In this document: positions 1-9,335 of the stretch, one piece after another
Numbering within the stretch: the first letter of the stretch is position 1
Layout of the letters: every line of letters starts with the position of its first letter
Assembly: GCA_031361295.1 (NCBI GenBank)
Contig: JANMCN010000276.1
Coordinates: 771 to 64,770, forward strand
Direction: 5' to 3'
Length of the DNA stretch: 64,000 bases
Source of the DNA: Acidobacteriota bacterium
GTDB taxonomy: Bacteria > Acidobacteriota > Vicinamibacteria > Vicinamibacterales > 2-12-FULL-66-21
Made by a program: the position numbers and the translations under genes
Notes under the pieces: model-generated
What the model saw: only the letters and a program-made list of their open reading frames with translations
Databases searched by the model: none
Told to the model about the DNA's origin: nothing

Positions 1-18
1 GAGCACTATCCGGGACCC

Positions 19-741
19 GTGCACGGGCGGCCAGTGCACGCCGAGCCCGGGTATGCGGGGCGCTCGGGAGACGTCCATGCGCACGCGCCCCACGATCCCC
101 GGCTGCAGCACCACTTCGACACCATGGCGCAGCAGGCCGAAGCCTCGACGCTCGGCATGTGGGTCTTCCTCGTCACCGAGATCATGTTCTTCGGCGGCCT
201 GTTCATGGCGTACCTGGTCTACCGGACCGCCGCGCCGTCCGCGTTCCAGGAGGCCAGCCACCACCTGAATGTCGTCTACGGCACGCTGAACACGGCCATC
301 CTGATCATCAGCTCGTTGACGATGGCGCTTGGCGTCCGGGCGGCGCAGACGAGCGCGCCGCCAAGGACGCAGGTGATGTGGATCGTCGCGACGATGGCGT
401 TCGGGGCCGCGTTCCTCGGCATCAAGGCGATCGAGTACACCGAGAAGTTCCGCGACCACATCGTCCCCGGCCCGAACTTCCGCTGGGAAGGCTTGTACCC
501 GCGGGGCGCGGAGATGTTCTATTCGCTGTACTTCTGCATGACGGGGCTGCACGCGCTGCACATGGTCATCGGCCTCGGCATCATGACGTGGCTCGCGATG
601 ACGGCCCTGCGAGGCCGCTACAGCGCCGCCTACTACACGCCGGTCGAGGTCGCCGGCCTCTACTGGCACTTCGTCGACATCGTGTGGATATTCCTGTTTC
701 CGCTGCTCTACCTAATCGGCCGCCATTACCACGCGGCCTAA
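19..741 (+). CDS. ctaE: cytochrome c oxidase subunit III
   Basis: 240-aa ORF with GTG at 19. The frame stays open to nt 1, so the start may lie upstream of the window. Subunit III hallmarks are 'LQHHFDTMAQQAEASTLGMWVFLVTEIMFFGGLF' and 'YWHFVDIVWIFLF'. It has multiple TM helices. The conserved HHFD precedes the first internal Met, so the start is at or before 19. Confidence 0.85.
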   Translation: MHGRPVHAEPGYAGRSGDVHAHAPHDPRLQHHFDTMAQQAEASTLGMWVFLVTEIMFFGGLFMAYLVYRTAAPSAFQEASHHLNVVYGTLNTAILIISSLTMALGVRAAQTSAPPRTQVMWIVATMAFGAAFLGIKAIEYTEKFRDHIVPGPNFRWEGLYPRGAEMFYSLYFCMTGLHALHMVIGLGIMTWLAMTALRGRYSAAYYTPVEVAGLYWHFVDIVWIFLFPLLYLIGRHYHAA

Positions 742-756
742 CGAGAACAAGGGACT

Positions 757-1059
757 ATGTCTGCTGGTCACGTCGCGCCCAAGAGCATGTACTACATGGT
801 CTTCCTGGCTCTCCTCGTGGGGACCGGGCTGACCGTCGCCGCCGCGTTCGTCGACATGGGGGCCATGAACAATGTCGTGATGCTCACGATTGCGCTCATC
901 AAGGCCACGCTCGTGATCCTGTTCTTCATGCACGTGCGATGGAGCACACGCCTGACGTGGGTGGTCGCGATGGCCGGCTTTTTCTGGCTCCTCATCCTCT
1001 TCGGCGTGACAATGGGGGATTACATGACCCGCGGCTGGATCGCGGGCACGCTGCGCTGA
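757..1059 (+). CDS. cytochrome c oxidase subunit IV family protein (prokaryotic COX4 type)
   Basis: 100-aa ORF 15 nt after subunit III. It has three hydrophobic helices ('YYMVFLALLVGTGLTV', 'LIKATLVILFFMHV', 'VAMAGFFWLLILFGV'). Size and position are typical of the small fourth subunit. Confidence 0.75.
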   Translation: MSAGHVAPKSMYYMVFLALLVGTGLTVAAAFVDMGAMNNVVMLTIALIKATLVILFFMHVRWSTRLTWVVAMAGFFWLLILFGVTMGDYMTRGWIAGTLR

Positions 1060-1082
1060 GCGGCGGCGTCTCGGCAGCGCAG

Positions 1083-1106
1083 GGCGCGCCGCGGCGCGCC
1101 TTTTGT
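1083..1106 (+). terminator. rho-independent terminator after the cox genes
   Basis: GGCGCGCC (1083-1090) pairs with GGCGCGCC (1093-1100) and is followed by TTTTGT (1101-1106). It lies 24 nt after the stop at 1059. Confidence 0.6.
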
Positions 1107-1243
1107 CGTTCCAGGCGGGTCCACCGCAGTTCGCCGCCGCCTGCCCGCCACTGGCCGGACCGGGCTGAACCGGCAGGCCGGCCGTCACGTAACTGTGGCT
1201 ATACTGACTTTCGAGCGTACCGGGCGGACGGCACGGCCCGGAC

Positions 1244-2527
1244 GTGAACCCGCCGGGCCGATCAACGCGTCCAAGCCAGACATCTTCAAATCCTGTGACG
1301 AACCTCAGAGACGACCTCGCTTCGCTTCGCATCGAACAGAGCTCGCGCGCGGGAGGCGCCCGCCGCGGCGTCTGGGTGGCCGTCGCCGTCCTGGTACTCG
1401 CGCTCGGAGGGGCCGGGTGGTACTGGTCCCAGCGCGTCGAGGCGGCGGAGGTCAGGACGGCCGTGATCGCGGCCCGGAGCGGCACGGGCGTCACCGCCGG
1501 GGCGGTGCTGAACGCGTCAGGCTACGTCACGGCGCGGCGTCGGGCCACGGTCTCGTCGAAAGTCACCGGGAAGGTGCTCGAGGTGTTCGTCGAGGAGGGC
1601 AAGCCGGTCCGGGCGGGCCAGGTGCTGGCCCGGCTGGACGACGCGCAGGTGCGCGCGGCGCTGGCGGTCGCGGAGGCGCAGCTCGAATCGGCGCGCCGCG
1701 GAGCGGCGGAAGATGAAGCGCGGCTGCGCGAAGCCGAGCTGACACTCGGCCGCCGTGAGCAGCTGATCCAGCAGCAGGTCATCGGACGGGCGGAGCTGGA
1801 CTCGGCGCGCGTCGGGGTCGAGTCGCTCAAGGCCCGGATCGCGCTGGCGGAGCAGCAGGTGAAGGTCTCGGAAAGCCTGGTCGCCCAGCGGCGAACCGAC
1901 CTCGCCGACATGTCGGTCCGCGCGCCCTTCGACGGCGTCGCGATTTCCAAGGACGCGCAGCCAGGCGAGATGATTTCGCCGGTGTCCGCGGGCGGCGGCT
2001 TCACCCGGTCCGGCATCGGGACCATCGTGGATATGTCATCGCTCGAGATCGAAGTCGACGTCAGCGAGAGCTACATCAACCGCGTGCACCCGAACCAGCC
2101 GGTCGAAGCCGTCCTCGACGCCTACCCGGACTGGCGGATCCCCGGCCATGTGATCACCACGGTGCCGTCGGCCGATCGGCAGAAGGCCACGGTCCGGGTG
2201 CGCATCGGGTTCGAGCAGCTCGACCCGCGCATTCTCCCGGACATGGGCGTCAAGGTGTCCTTCCTGACCGAGCGTGCGCCAGCGGCCGACCACGTGCCGG
2301 AGCGTCCCCGGCTGCTCGCGCCCAAGGCCGCGGTCAGATCCGCCGACGGGCGCGAGATCGTCTTCGTCGTCCACGACGGACGCGTGGAGCGCCGGGCCGT
2401 CAAGGCGGGAACGACGGAGGGCGACCAGGTGGAAGTCGTGTCGGGCGTCACCGCGGGCGAGCAGGTCGTCATCGATGCCCCGGCGACGATGAAAGACGGC
2501 GACAGGGTGACGGTCAAGGAGCGGTGA
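1244..2527 (+). CDS. efflux transporter periplasmic adaptor subunit (HlyD/MacA-type membrane fusion protein)
   Basis: 427-aa ORF with a GTG start. It has an N-terminal anchor 'VWVAVAVLVLALGGAGWYW' and a long A/E/R/Q-rich coiled-coil hairpin ('AQLESARRGAAEDEARLREAELTLGRREQL'). The C-terminal barrel region contains 'VRAPFDGV'. The stop directly abuts the next ATG (TGAATG at 2525-2530). Confidence 0.85.
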   Translation: MNPPGRSTRPSQTSSNPVTNLRDDLASLRIEQSSRAGGARRGVWVAVAVLVLALGGAGWYWSQRVEAAEVRTAVIAARSGTGVTAGAVLNASGYVTARRRATVSSKVTGKVLEVFVEEGKPVRAGQVLARLDDAQVRAALAVAEAQLESARRGAAEDEARLREAELTLGRREQLIQQQVIGRAELDSARVGVESLKARIALAEQQVKVSESLVAQRRTDLADMSVRAPFDGVAISKDAQPGEMISPVSAGGGFTRSGIGTIVDMSSLEIEVDVSESYINRVHPNQPVEAVLDAYPDWRIPGHVITTVPSADRQKATVRVRIGFEQLDPRILPDMGVKVSFLTERAPAADHVPERPRLLAPKAAVRSADGREIVFVVHDGRVERRAVKAGTTEGDQVEVVSGVTAGEQVVIDAPATMKDGDRVTVKER

Positions 2528-3214
2528 ATGGACACGCTGGTCAAGATCACGGATCTGCACAAGGTCTACAAGCGCGGTAACGAGCGCATCGATGTCCTCG
2601 CGGGTGTCACCCTCGACATTCCGTCCGGCGACTTTCTCGCGTTGATGGGTCCCTCGGGATCGGGCAAGACGACGCTGCTCAATCTGATGGGCGGCCTCGA
2701 CACGCCGTCGGAAGGCACCGTGGAGGTCGCGGGCGACCGGATCGACAAGATGTCGGGCGGCAGACTCTCGGCCTGGCGCGCGCGGCACATCGGGTTCGTC
2801 TTCCAGATGTACAACCTGCTGCCGGTGCTGACCGCCGCGCGCAATGTCGAGCTGCCGCTGCTGCTCACCAAGCTGGGGTCGTCGGACCGGAAGCGCCGGG
2901 TGGACGTGGCGCTCTCCGTGGTCGGACTCGCCGAACGTGCGCAGCACTACCCGCGGCAGCTCTCCGGCGGACAGGAACAGCGCGTCGGGATCGCCCGGGC
3001 GATCGTGACGGATCCCACGCTGCTGCTCTGCGACGAGCCTACGGGCGACCTCGATCGGAAATCCGGGGACGAAATTCTCGATCTCCTGCAGACGCTGAAC
3101 CGTGAGCATGGCAAGACGATCGTGATGGTCACCCACGACCCGCATGCGGCGGCGCGCGCGAAGCGGACCCTGCACCTCGAAAAGGGCACGCTCGTCCCCG
3201 AGGTGGCCGCATGA
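2528..3214 (+). CDS. ABC transporter ATP-binding protein (MacB/LolD-type)
   Basis: Walker A 'GPSGSGKTT', Q-loop, signature 'LSGGQEQRV', Walker B 'LLLCDEPTGDLD' and H-loop 'VTHD' are all present. The 3' end overlaps the permease start by 4 nt (ATGA). Confidence 0.92.
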   Translation: MDTLVKITDLHKVYKRGNERIDVLAGVTLDIPSGDFLALMGPSGSGKTTLLNLMGGLDTPSEGTVEVAGDRIDKMSGGRLSAWRARHIGFVFQMYNLLPVLTAARNVELPLLLTKLGSSDRKRRVDVALSVVGLAERAQHYPRQLSGGQEQRVGIARAIVTDPTLLLCDEPTGDLDRKSGDEILDLLQTLNREHGKTIVMVTHDPHAAARAKRTLHLEKGTLVPEVAA

Positions 3215-4374
3215 AGTTCTTCCCGCTCATCTGGCGCAACCTGGGACGACGGAAGATCCGCACGATCTTCACGCTCCTGTCCGTCTTCGTCGCGTTCGTG
3301 CTGTTCGGGATCCTCATGGCGATTCGCGTGGCGTTCAGCGGCACGATCACCATCTCCGGCGCCGAACGGCTCGTGATGATCGACAAGATCTCGCTGATCA
3401 ATCCGATTCCTCTCAGCTACCAGCAGCGGCTGCAGTCGGTCGAAGGCGTCAAGGACATCACACACGCCAACTGGTTCGGCGGCATCTACCAGGAGCCCAA
3501 GAATTTCTTCGCGAACATGGCCGTCGATCCCGAAAGCTGGCTGCGCATCTACCCCGAAGTGGCGATGCCGGAAGACCAGAAGAAGGCGTGGCTCGCTGAC
3601 CGCACGGGCGCGGTGGTCGGCATCGAGACCGCCAAACGCTTCGGCTGGAAGATTGGCGACCGCGTGCCGCTGCAGGGCGTCATCTACCTGCGGCCGGACC
3701 GGGGTCCGTGGGAGTTCACGATCCGCGGGATCTACGAGTCCCCCGAAAAAGGGTTCGACAACAGCCAGTTCTTCTTCCACTACGACTACGTCAACGAAAC
3801 ACTCAGGAACCAGGCTTACGGCCACGATCAGGTCGGCTGGTACGTGATCAAGGTGGCCGACCCCAGCCAGTCGGAACCGCTCGCTCAGAAGCTCGATGCG
3901 ATGTTCGCCAACTCGCCGTCCGAGACGAAGACGTCGACGGAAAAGGCGTTCGTCGCCGGCTTCGCCAAGCAGATCGGCGACATCGGCCAGATCATGGTGT
4001 GGATCGCGACGGCGGTGCTTTTCACCATCCTGCTCGTCTCGGCGAACACCATGGCGCAGGCCATACGGGAACGGACCAACGAGCTGGGCGTGCTGAAGAC
4101 GCTCGGGTTCAGCGACGGGCGGATCCTGGCGCTCGTGCTGGCCGAGTCGTGCCTGGTCGCGCTCCTCGGCGGCGCACTGGGACTCGGTCTGGCGTGGCTC
4201 GCCATCTCCTACGCCGGCGATCCCACGCACGGCATGATCCCGCCCCTCTACCTGCCCAGGCGTGACGTGGTCATGGGGCTGGCCATCGTGCTGACACTCG
4301 GCGTCGCGACCGGGCTCGTGCCGGCGCTCCAGGCCAGCCGGCTGAAAATCGTGGATGCCCTTCGGAGAGGTTGA
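3211..4374 (+). CDS. ABC transporter permease, FtsX/MacB family (permease 1)
   Basis: 387 aa. N-terminus 'MKFFPLIWRNLGRRKIRTIFTLLSVFVAFVLFG' is followed by a large periplasmic domain. The C-terminal 3-TM FtsX domain contains 'RTNELGVLKTLGFS'. Confidence 0.88.
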   Translation: MKFFPLIWRNLGRRKIRTIFTLLSVFVAFVLFGILMAIRVAFSGTITISGAERLVMIDKISLINPIPLSYQQRLQSVEGVKDITHANWFGGIYQEPKNFFANMAVDPESWLRIYPEVAMPEDQKKAWLADRTGAVVGIETAKRFGWKIGDRVPLQGVIYLRPDRGPWEFTIRGIYESPEKGFDNSQFFFHYDYVNETLRNQAYGHDQVGWYVIKVADPSQSEPLAQKLDAMFANSPSETKTSTEKAFVAGFAKQIGDIGQIMVWIATAVLFTILLVSANTMAQAIRERTNELGVLKTLGFSDGRILALVLAESCLVALLGGALGLGLAWLAISYAGDPTHGMIPPLYLPRRDVVMGLAIVLTLGVATGLVPALQASRLKIVDALRRG

Positions 4375-5555
4375 TGATTTCCCAGATTATCGCGGTCACC
4401 GCCGTGAACCTGCGCTCGATTCGCCAGCGCCTCGGATCCTCAGCCGTGGCGATCTTCGGCATCGTCGGTGTCGTCATTGTCCTCGTCGGCGTGCTGTCCA
4501 TTGCAGAGGGCTTTCGGAGCGCCATGCAGGCGACGGGCGACATCGACACCGTCATGGTCATGCGCGCGGGCGCCGACAGCGAGATGACCAGCGGGATGGG
4601 CGGCGAGCATGCCCGCATCATCCAGGACAAGCCCGGCATCGCGAGGGACGCCGCGGGTCCGCTCGCGTCGCCCGAGCTGCTGGTCATCGTCAACCACCCG
4701 CTGCGCCGGAGCGGCACCGATGCGAACGTGCCGCTGCGCGGCGTCGAGCCGGCGGCGTTCAGGGTCCACACGGAGCTGCACATCATCCAGGGACGGAATT
4801 TCGAACCGGGAAAAAACGAGATCATCGCCGGACGGGCCGCAACCGGGCAGTTCGTCGGGCTCACCGTCGGATCCGCCGTCAAGTGGGGCGAGAACACGTG
4901 GCAGGTCGTCGGGGTCTTCGAGACGGGCGGTTCCGCCGCGGAGTCCGAGTTGTGGTGCGATGCGAAAGTGCTCCAGCCCGCATACCGTCGCGGCAACTCG
5001 TATCAGTCGGTCATCGCGAAACTCGCGTCGCACAATGCATTCGACACGTTGAAAGACGCGCTCACGACCGATCCACGGCTGACCGTCACAGCCATCCGCG
5101 AGCCCGAATACTATGCGCGGCAGTCGCAGACGCTGCAGACCGTCATCCGGACCGTGGGATTCGCCATTGCGGGGCTGATGGGGATTGGCGCCGTCTTCGG
5201 GGCGGTGAACACGATGTACAACGCGGTGGCGAGCCGCGGCCGCGAGATCGCCACGCTGCGTGCGCTCGGGTTCGGGAGCATTCCGGTCGTCGTGTCGGTG
5301 CTGGCCGAAGCCGTCGCGCTCAGTCTCGTCGGGGGCGTCATCGGCGGCCTGCTCGCGTGGGCGGCCTTCGACGGGTACCAGACGTCGACGATGAACTTCC
5401 AGTCCTTCAGCCAGGTCGCGTTTGCGTTTGCCGTGACCCCGCCCCTGCTCGCCCGTGGCATGTTTTACGCCGTGTTGATGGGTGTCCTCGGCGGCCTGCT
5501 CCCGGCCATCCGGGCCGCGCGCCTGCCCATCGCGACGGCGCTGCGCCAGCTCTGA
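4374..5555 (+). CDS. ABC transporter permease, FtsX/MacB family (permease 2)
   Basis: ATG at 4374 overlaps the preceding TGA by 1 nt (TGATG) and GGAGAGG sits 4-10 nt upstream. The ORF track starts 3 nt earlier at TTG 4371. Motifs are 'NLRSIRQRLGSSAVAIFGIVGVV' and 'REIATLRALGFG'. It is a distinct paralog of permease 1. Confidence 0.85.
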   Translation: MISQIIAVTAVNLRSIRQRLGSSAVAIFGIVGVVIVLVGVLSIAEGFRSAMQATGDIDTVMVMRAGADSEMTSGMGGEHARIIQDKPGIARDAAGPLASPELLVIVNHPLRRSGTDANVPLRGVEPAAFRVHTELHIIQGRNFEPGKNEIIAGRAATGQFVGLTVGSAVKWGENTWQVVGVFETGGSAAESELWCDAKVLQPAYRRGNSYQSVIAKLASHNAFDTLKDALTTDPRLTVTAIREPEYYARQSQTLQTVIRTVGFAIAGLMGIGAVFGAVNTMYNAVASRGREIATLRALGFGSIPVVVSVLAEAVALSLVGGVIGGLLAWAAFDGYQTSTMNFQSFSQVAFAFAVTPPLLARGMFYAVLMGVLGGLLPAIRAARLPIATALRQL

Positions 5556-5647
5556 CAGCGCCTGCGGCGGAACCCGCCGCGTAGTGTTTTCGGACAATCG
5601 CGATTCAGGCTCAGACACTCTCCGCGGCCCCTGCCGGCACGCACGAA

Positions 5648-5674
5648 CTGTGACCGGCCGTCGGCCGTTCACAG
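5648..5674 (+). terminator. long GC-rich inverted repeat (possible U-tract-less terminator or protein-binding palindrome)
   Basis: CTGTGACCGGCCG-T-CGGCCGTTCACAG has 13-nt arms with one mismatch. It lies 93 nt after the permease stop. No T-run follows on either strand. Confidence 0.35.
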
Positions 5675-5822
5675 AAACCCCCACGCTACGAATCACTTAG
5701 GCTGAGTTTCGACCCGCGAAGACGCGGACCGGACGTGCGTGCCGTCGCCGCGAACGGCGGGTACGGGCGTTGCTCATCAAGGCTGCACAGCAACAGTTGG
5801 ATCCCCCAGTGGAGGTGAGTCC

Positions 5823-6071
5823 ATGCGTGTCGACCAGATGCTTCAGCGGATTCAAGGTGAGTTCGTCGAGATGCCTGGGCTGCGGCTCACTGCGGCACAA
5901 GCGCAGCGACTCTGGGGCCTCGACGCGGAAATCTGCAGCAGGTTGCTCGCCGCTCTCGTGGAAGCCCGCTTCCTCTCGCAGACCCGGGATGGCGCCTTCA
6001 TTCGTACGGAAGGCGTGCGCCCGGGCCAACTCGCGTCCGGCCACGGGCCTACGCTGGCGGTCGCTTCGTAA
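5823..6071 (+). CDS. small hypothetical protein, possible winged-helix fold
   Basis: ATG 5823 is preceded by GGAGGTG (5810-5816). The 82-aa product reads 'MRVDQMLQRIQGEFVEMPGLRLTAAQAQRLWGLDAEICSRLLAALVEARFLSQTRDGAFIR'. I recognise no family. Confidence 0.5.
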   Translation: MRVDQMLQRIQGEFVEMPGLRLTAAQAQRLWGLDAEICSRLLAALVEARFLSQTRDGAFIRTEGVRPGQLASGHGPTLAVAS

Positions 6072-6285
6072 TCGTTTTCCCGCCGGTGCCGGTACGCTGA
6101 CTACCTGCCTCGTCAGCCAGATATACCGGCTCGCATCCTCGTTCCCGGGCGGAACGCGCCCGCGGCCACGTTGTTTGTCGGAGAGGGAAGCGTAGCTTTC
6201 CTCTCCGACACCACATCCATGACGGCGGCTGGCCGTGAGTGAGCACCAAGGCCCTGCTCCGGTCCCCATCGTGCGGCTCCGAATC

Positions 6286-6783
6286 CTATTTGAGCGTGTC
6301 GACGCCGGTCGCACGCGAGATACGCCACACGGCCGACTCTTTCACGAGCGCCAGCGCAAATTCGCGGGCATCCATGGACTCGGCGGCGTCCGGGCCGCTG
6401 CGCTGGACGAAGCTCGCCGTGAGCGTCACGTCCGCGGTTCTTCCACCCGGTCCAACCCGCACCCCGACGTCGTCGAAGCGCAGGCGAAAGGCGGCGGTGC
6501 GCCGCTCGAGCCGGGACGCCATGCCCACGAGCGTCGCCCGTCCGACGATGGGCGCTGCGCCCTCACCCAGATCGACCACCACGTCATCGGTGAAGTAACT
6601 GCCTATGTCTGCTGCCCGGGCGAGCGTACTCAAGCCGTCGTTGACGGTCATGTTGAGGTCGGCAGTCAGCGCATCCAGGCGCCGCCGAATCACCTGTTCA
6701 TCGTTCGTCCGCCAGGCCCGCCACCCGAGAACCGCGCAGAGCAGCGCGATCGCGAGGGCCGCGACGCGAACTCGAGGGCTCAA
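6286..6783 (-). CDS. SnoaL-like / NTF2-fold (DUF4440-like) protein with N-terminal membrane anchor
   Basis: 165 aa with a TTG start that overlaps the lepB stop (TTGA). The anchor is 'VAALAIALLCAVLGWRAW'. The remainder has the size and alpha+beta pattern of NTF2-like proteins. The family call is tentative. Confidence 0.5.
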   Translation of the reverse strand: MSPRVRVAALAIALLCAVLGWRAWRTNDEQVIRRRLDALTADLNMTVNDGLSTLARAADIGSYFTDDVVVDLGEGAAPIVGRATLVGMASRLERRTAAFRLRFDDVGVRVGPGGRTADVTLTASFVQRSGPDAAESMDAREFALALVKESAVWRISRATGVDTLK

Positions 6784-7388
6784 AACACGATCCTCCCGAG
6801 AATGCGGTCCGTGTCAACCCGGCCGAAATCGTGGTCGCTCGCCCGCATGCCGCGGTTGTCCCCAATGACGTAATACTCCGCATGCGTCAGCCGCACCTCG
6901 GAGACGTCCCAGGGCCGGCGGTTGCGGACGTACGGCTCGAGGAGAGGGATGCCGTTGATCAGGACCTGCCCGTGGACGATCTGGACGCGCTCGCCAGGCA
7001 AGGCGACGATCCGCTTGACGTAGACGACGTGCGGGCCGGCGAGCCGGATGGCCACGACGTCACCGCGGGCGGGTGCGCCCTGGACGTAGGCGAGCCGGTT
7101 GACGAATTTGAGCGTGCCTGACTCGTACGTCGGGAGCATGCTGATCCCTTGGGTACGAACCGGGATCAGCACCCACCGAAACGTGACGAAGCTTACCGCG
7201 GCGAGGACCAGGACCCTGACGGCCGTGCGGCGGGGGTGGGATCCAAAGACGATACGGCGCACCAGGGTCACACGGGCATCCGCGTCAAGATTAGCAGAGG
7301 GCTGAGCCGAACAGCGCGTCTCAGTGCAGGCTGGTGGGTTGAGAGAGCCGTCCGCCGAATCCCGGTTCGTGTCGATCGCCGCCGCCAA
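6780..7388 (-). CDS. lepB: signal peptidase I
   Basis: Catalytic Ser box 'GISMLPT', Lys box 'YVKRIVALPGERV', 'VIGDNRGMRASDHDFG' and a C-terminal 'ILGRIVF' are present. There is a single TM segment upstream of the Ser box. Confidence 0.9.
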   Translation of the reverse strand: MAAAIDTNRDSADGSLNPPACTETRCSAQPSANLDADARVTLVRRIVFGSHPRRTAVRVLVLAAVSFVTFRWVLIPVRTQGISMLPTYESGTLKFVNRLAYVQGAPARGDVVAIRLAGPHVVYVKRIVALPGERVQIVHGQVLINGIPLLEPYVRNRRPWDVSEVRLTHAEYYVIGDNRGMRASDHDFGRVDTDRILGRIVF

Positions 7389-7471
7389 ACCGGAATAGAC
7401 CCATGCTCGTCTGCGGCGGACGCTCGGGCGCCGTTACGCCCCTGCCCGTGACGCGGGACGCCCGGGCCACG

Positions 7472-8257
7472 TCAATTCCGCCTCGAGTAAGGCGCGACCG
7501 CGGACGCGTCCTTCACGATCGGGACGTAGATCGTCTGGGCGTCGCCGGCCTTCCGGTACACGGGAAAGCCGTCCTTGTCTCCCGCGGACGTGAATCGCGC
7601 GGCATCGAAGGGAACAGGCGGTCCGCTGGTGTACCACCGATTACCGGAGTACTCGATGAAGATGGCGTTTGCGGAATCGACCCTCCGGGGAAATCGGCCC
7701 GCTCGAGCGGCTCGCTCACCGAGACTCAGGTTCAAGCCGTCCAGTTCCATGCCTTTACCGTAGGTGCCGACCGGTCTCGCGATGGCGTACTGCTCTTCGG
7801 CGAGTCCCGCCAGCCGCGGTGGTGCCGCCGCCTGCGGGCCAAACGCGACATCATCGAGGCCTGAATCCGAGGCGAGAGCGACCGGAAACGACGGAGCCGA
7901 ACTGCCGACCGTGCCGGCAAGTTCGCCCTCACGGCGTCGTTCGTAGGGCTGCATCATGCCGCCCCCGACCGGCACGAACACGACGCTGAATGGTTCAATG
8001 GTCGTCCGCGCATACAGAGGAACGCCGCGGAAGTCGCCGCTGCGCACCATTTCGGCAGGGATGAAGTGAACCCGCGGGCCGGCAGGGTAATAGAAGTGCC
8101 CTTCGTAGGTAATGGGGATCCCGCTGAGGTACCAGTTTTCCGACTCTGCCGTGATCGACGGCGGCCGCGTGTCTCGGATCATCGGCTGGGCGTCGGCGGC
8201 TTTGACGTGGAAAACAGCGACTGCGCAGCCCAGCAGGAATCCGAGTGCTTGCTTCAT
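7472..8257 (-). CDS. secreted hypothetical protein
   Basis: I place the start at Met84 of the 344-aa ORF (ATG 8257), which is preceded by AGGAG. The signal peptide is 'MKQALGFLLGCAVAVFHVKAADA'. I recognise no motifs. Confidence 0.6.
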   Translation of the reverse strand: MKQALGFLLGCAVAVFHVKAADAQPMIRDTRPPSITAESENWYLSGIPITYEGHFYYPAGPRVHFIPAEMVRSGDFRGVPLYARTTIEPFSVVFVPVGGGMMQPYERRREGELAGTVGSSAPSFPVALASDSGLDDVAFGPQAAAPPRLAGLAEEQYAIARPVGTYGKGMELDGLNLSLGERAARAGRFPRRVDSANAIFIEYSGNRWYTSGPPVPFDAARFTSAGDKDGFPVYRKAGDAQTIYVPIVKDASAVAPYSRRN

Positions 8258-8309
8258 GACACGCTCCTGCGGTTCAGCTGATACCAACCCCGTGCCAATC
8301 GACCGGGTT

Positions 8310-9230
8310 TCAAGCTCCCGACTGTTTCGACCAGTAGCGAGAGAGCCCCTGCCACGAATAGTCGAGTCGCCCGGCGCGACTGTATCGCTCAGCTTCCTGC
8401 TCCCCGACGTGACGCCGCAGCTCGCGCATGGCATCGTCAACGAAGGCGACGAGCCTCTGACCGTCATCGAGCGCTGGATCGGCAAGGAGGCGTCGGACGG
8501 TGCCATTCCAAAGCGCCAGCCGCTCGGTCAGGTCCGTGAAGTGGAGGCGGGGGCCATGAAAGGCACCGAAATGCGTGAGGAAGAGCGTGTCTGGTTCCCA
8601 CGCGAGGATGCGGTCGATGCTCGCGCTCCACGCCACGAGATCGACATCGGGCGGCGGAGTCGGCGGCATCACGCACAGGCGGTCCCCTCGCCGGATTCCG
8701 GCGACATCCCCGACGAACGCGATCCGGCTGGACGGATCGAAGAAGCTGATGTGATGAGAGGCATGGCCTGGTGTGTAGGCGACGTTCAGCTCACGGCCAC
8801 CGACCGTGACCGTCTCCCCCCCGCGCAGGGCGCGGATCCGCTCCTGGGGAACTGGCAGAAACTCGCCCCAGAATCGTTCCATGTCGGCCCCATACAGGCG
8901 CGTGGCACTCGAGAGCAGCTTCGCCGGGTTGACCATGTGGGGTGCGCCCCGTTCGTGCACCAGCACTTCGATGGCGGGATTTTCGCGCACGAGCGTGCCC
9001 ACGACTCCCGCATGGTCGAGGTGGATGTGCGTGAGGAGGATGTGCCGCACATCCCCGATGGCGATGCCCTTCCGCTGCAGCGCCGACCGCAGGCCCGCGG
9101 CGGTGGTAGAGGGACCAGGATCGATCAGGGCGACGCCGGCTGCGCCGTGGATGATGGCAGTGGCGATGACCTCGGGGATGCCGAGAAAATTGAGGTCCAC
9201 GTAATCCACGCCTGAGGCCAGCATCGTCAT
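8310..9230 (-). CDS. MBL-fold metallo-hydrolase
   Basis: 'LLTHIHLDHAG' matches the HxHxDH zinc motif, and 'YTPGHASHH' is also present. ATG 9230 has an upstream GGAG. The ORF track uses GTG 9242. Confidence 0.85.
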   Translation of the reverse strand: MTMLASGVDYVDLNFLGIPEVIATAIIHGAAGVALIDPGPSTTAAGLRSALQRKGIAIGDVRHILLTHIHLDHAGVVGTLVRENPAIEVLVHERGAPHMVNPAKLLSSATRLYGADMERFWGEFLPVPQERIRALRGGETVTVGGRELNVAYTPGHASHHISFFDPSSRIAFVGDVAGIRRGDRLCVMPPTPPPDVDLVAWSASIDRILAWEPDTLFLTHFGAFHGPRLHFTDLTERLALWNGTVRRLLADPALDDGQRLVAFVDDAMRELRRHVGEQEAERYSRAGRLDYSWQGLSRYWSKQSGA

Positions 9231-9317
9231 TCGCCATCTCACTCCGGGACACCGCCCGCCAGCACCTGATCAGGAGGTGCCCTGTCTCGACCCGCGGCCG
9301 CGTCGAACCAAGCCTGC

Positions 9318-9323
9318 TAGAAT
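9318..9323 (+). promoter_or_regulatory. candidate -10 box (TAGAAT) for clpS-clpA
   Basis: TAGAAT lies 12 nt upstream of ATG 9336 in an otherwise GC-rich spacer. I see no convincing -35 element. Confidence 0.3.
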
Positions 9324-9335
9324 CATAAGACCGCC

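Noticed and set aside
1-1059. A complete heme-copper oxidase operon.
   Set aside because: Only subunits III and IV are inside the window. Subunits I and II would lie upstream and cannot be assessed.
2947-4230. 427-aa minus-strand ORF antisense to the ABC ATPase and permease genes. The same class includes 4440..5696, 10763..12100, 13597..14667, 40415..41203 and 41227..42777 (+), 48680..50557, 51491..52726, 53109..54218, 56641..58080 and 62418..63896.
   Set aside because: All are Arg/Gly/Pro/Asp/His-rich with no motif. Each mirrors a strongly supported gene on the other strand. Long stop-free antisense frames are the expected artefact of high G+C with GC3-biased coding.
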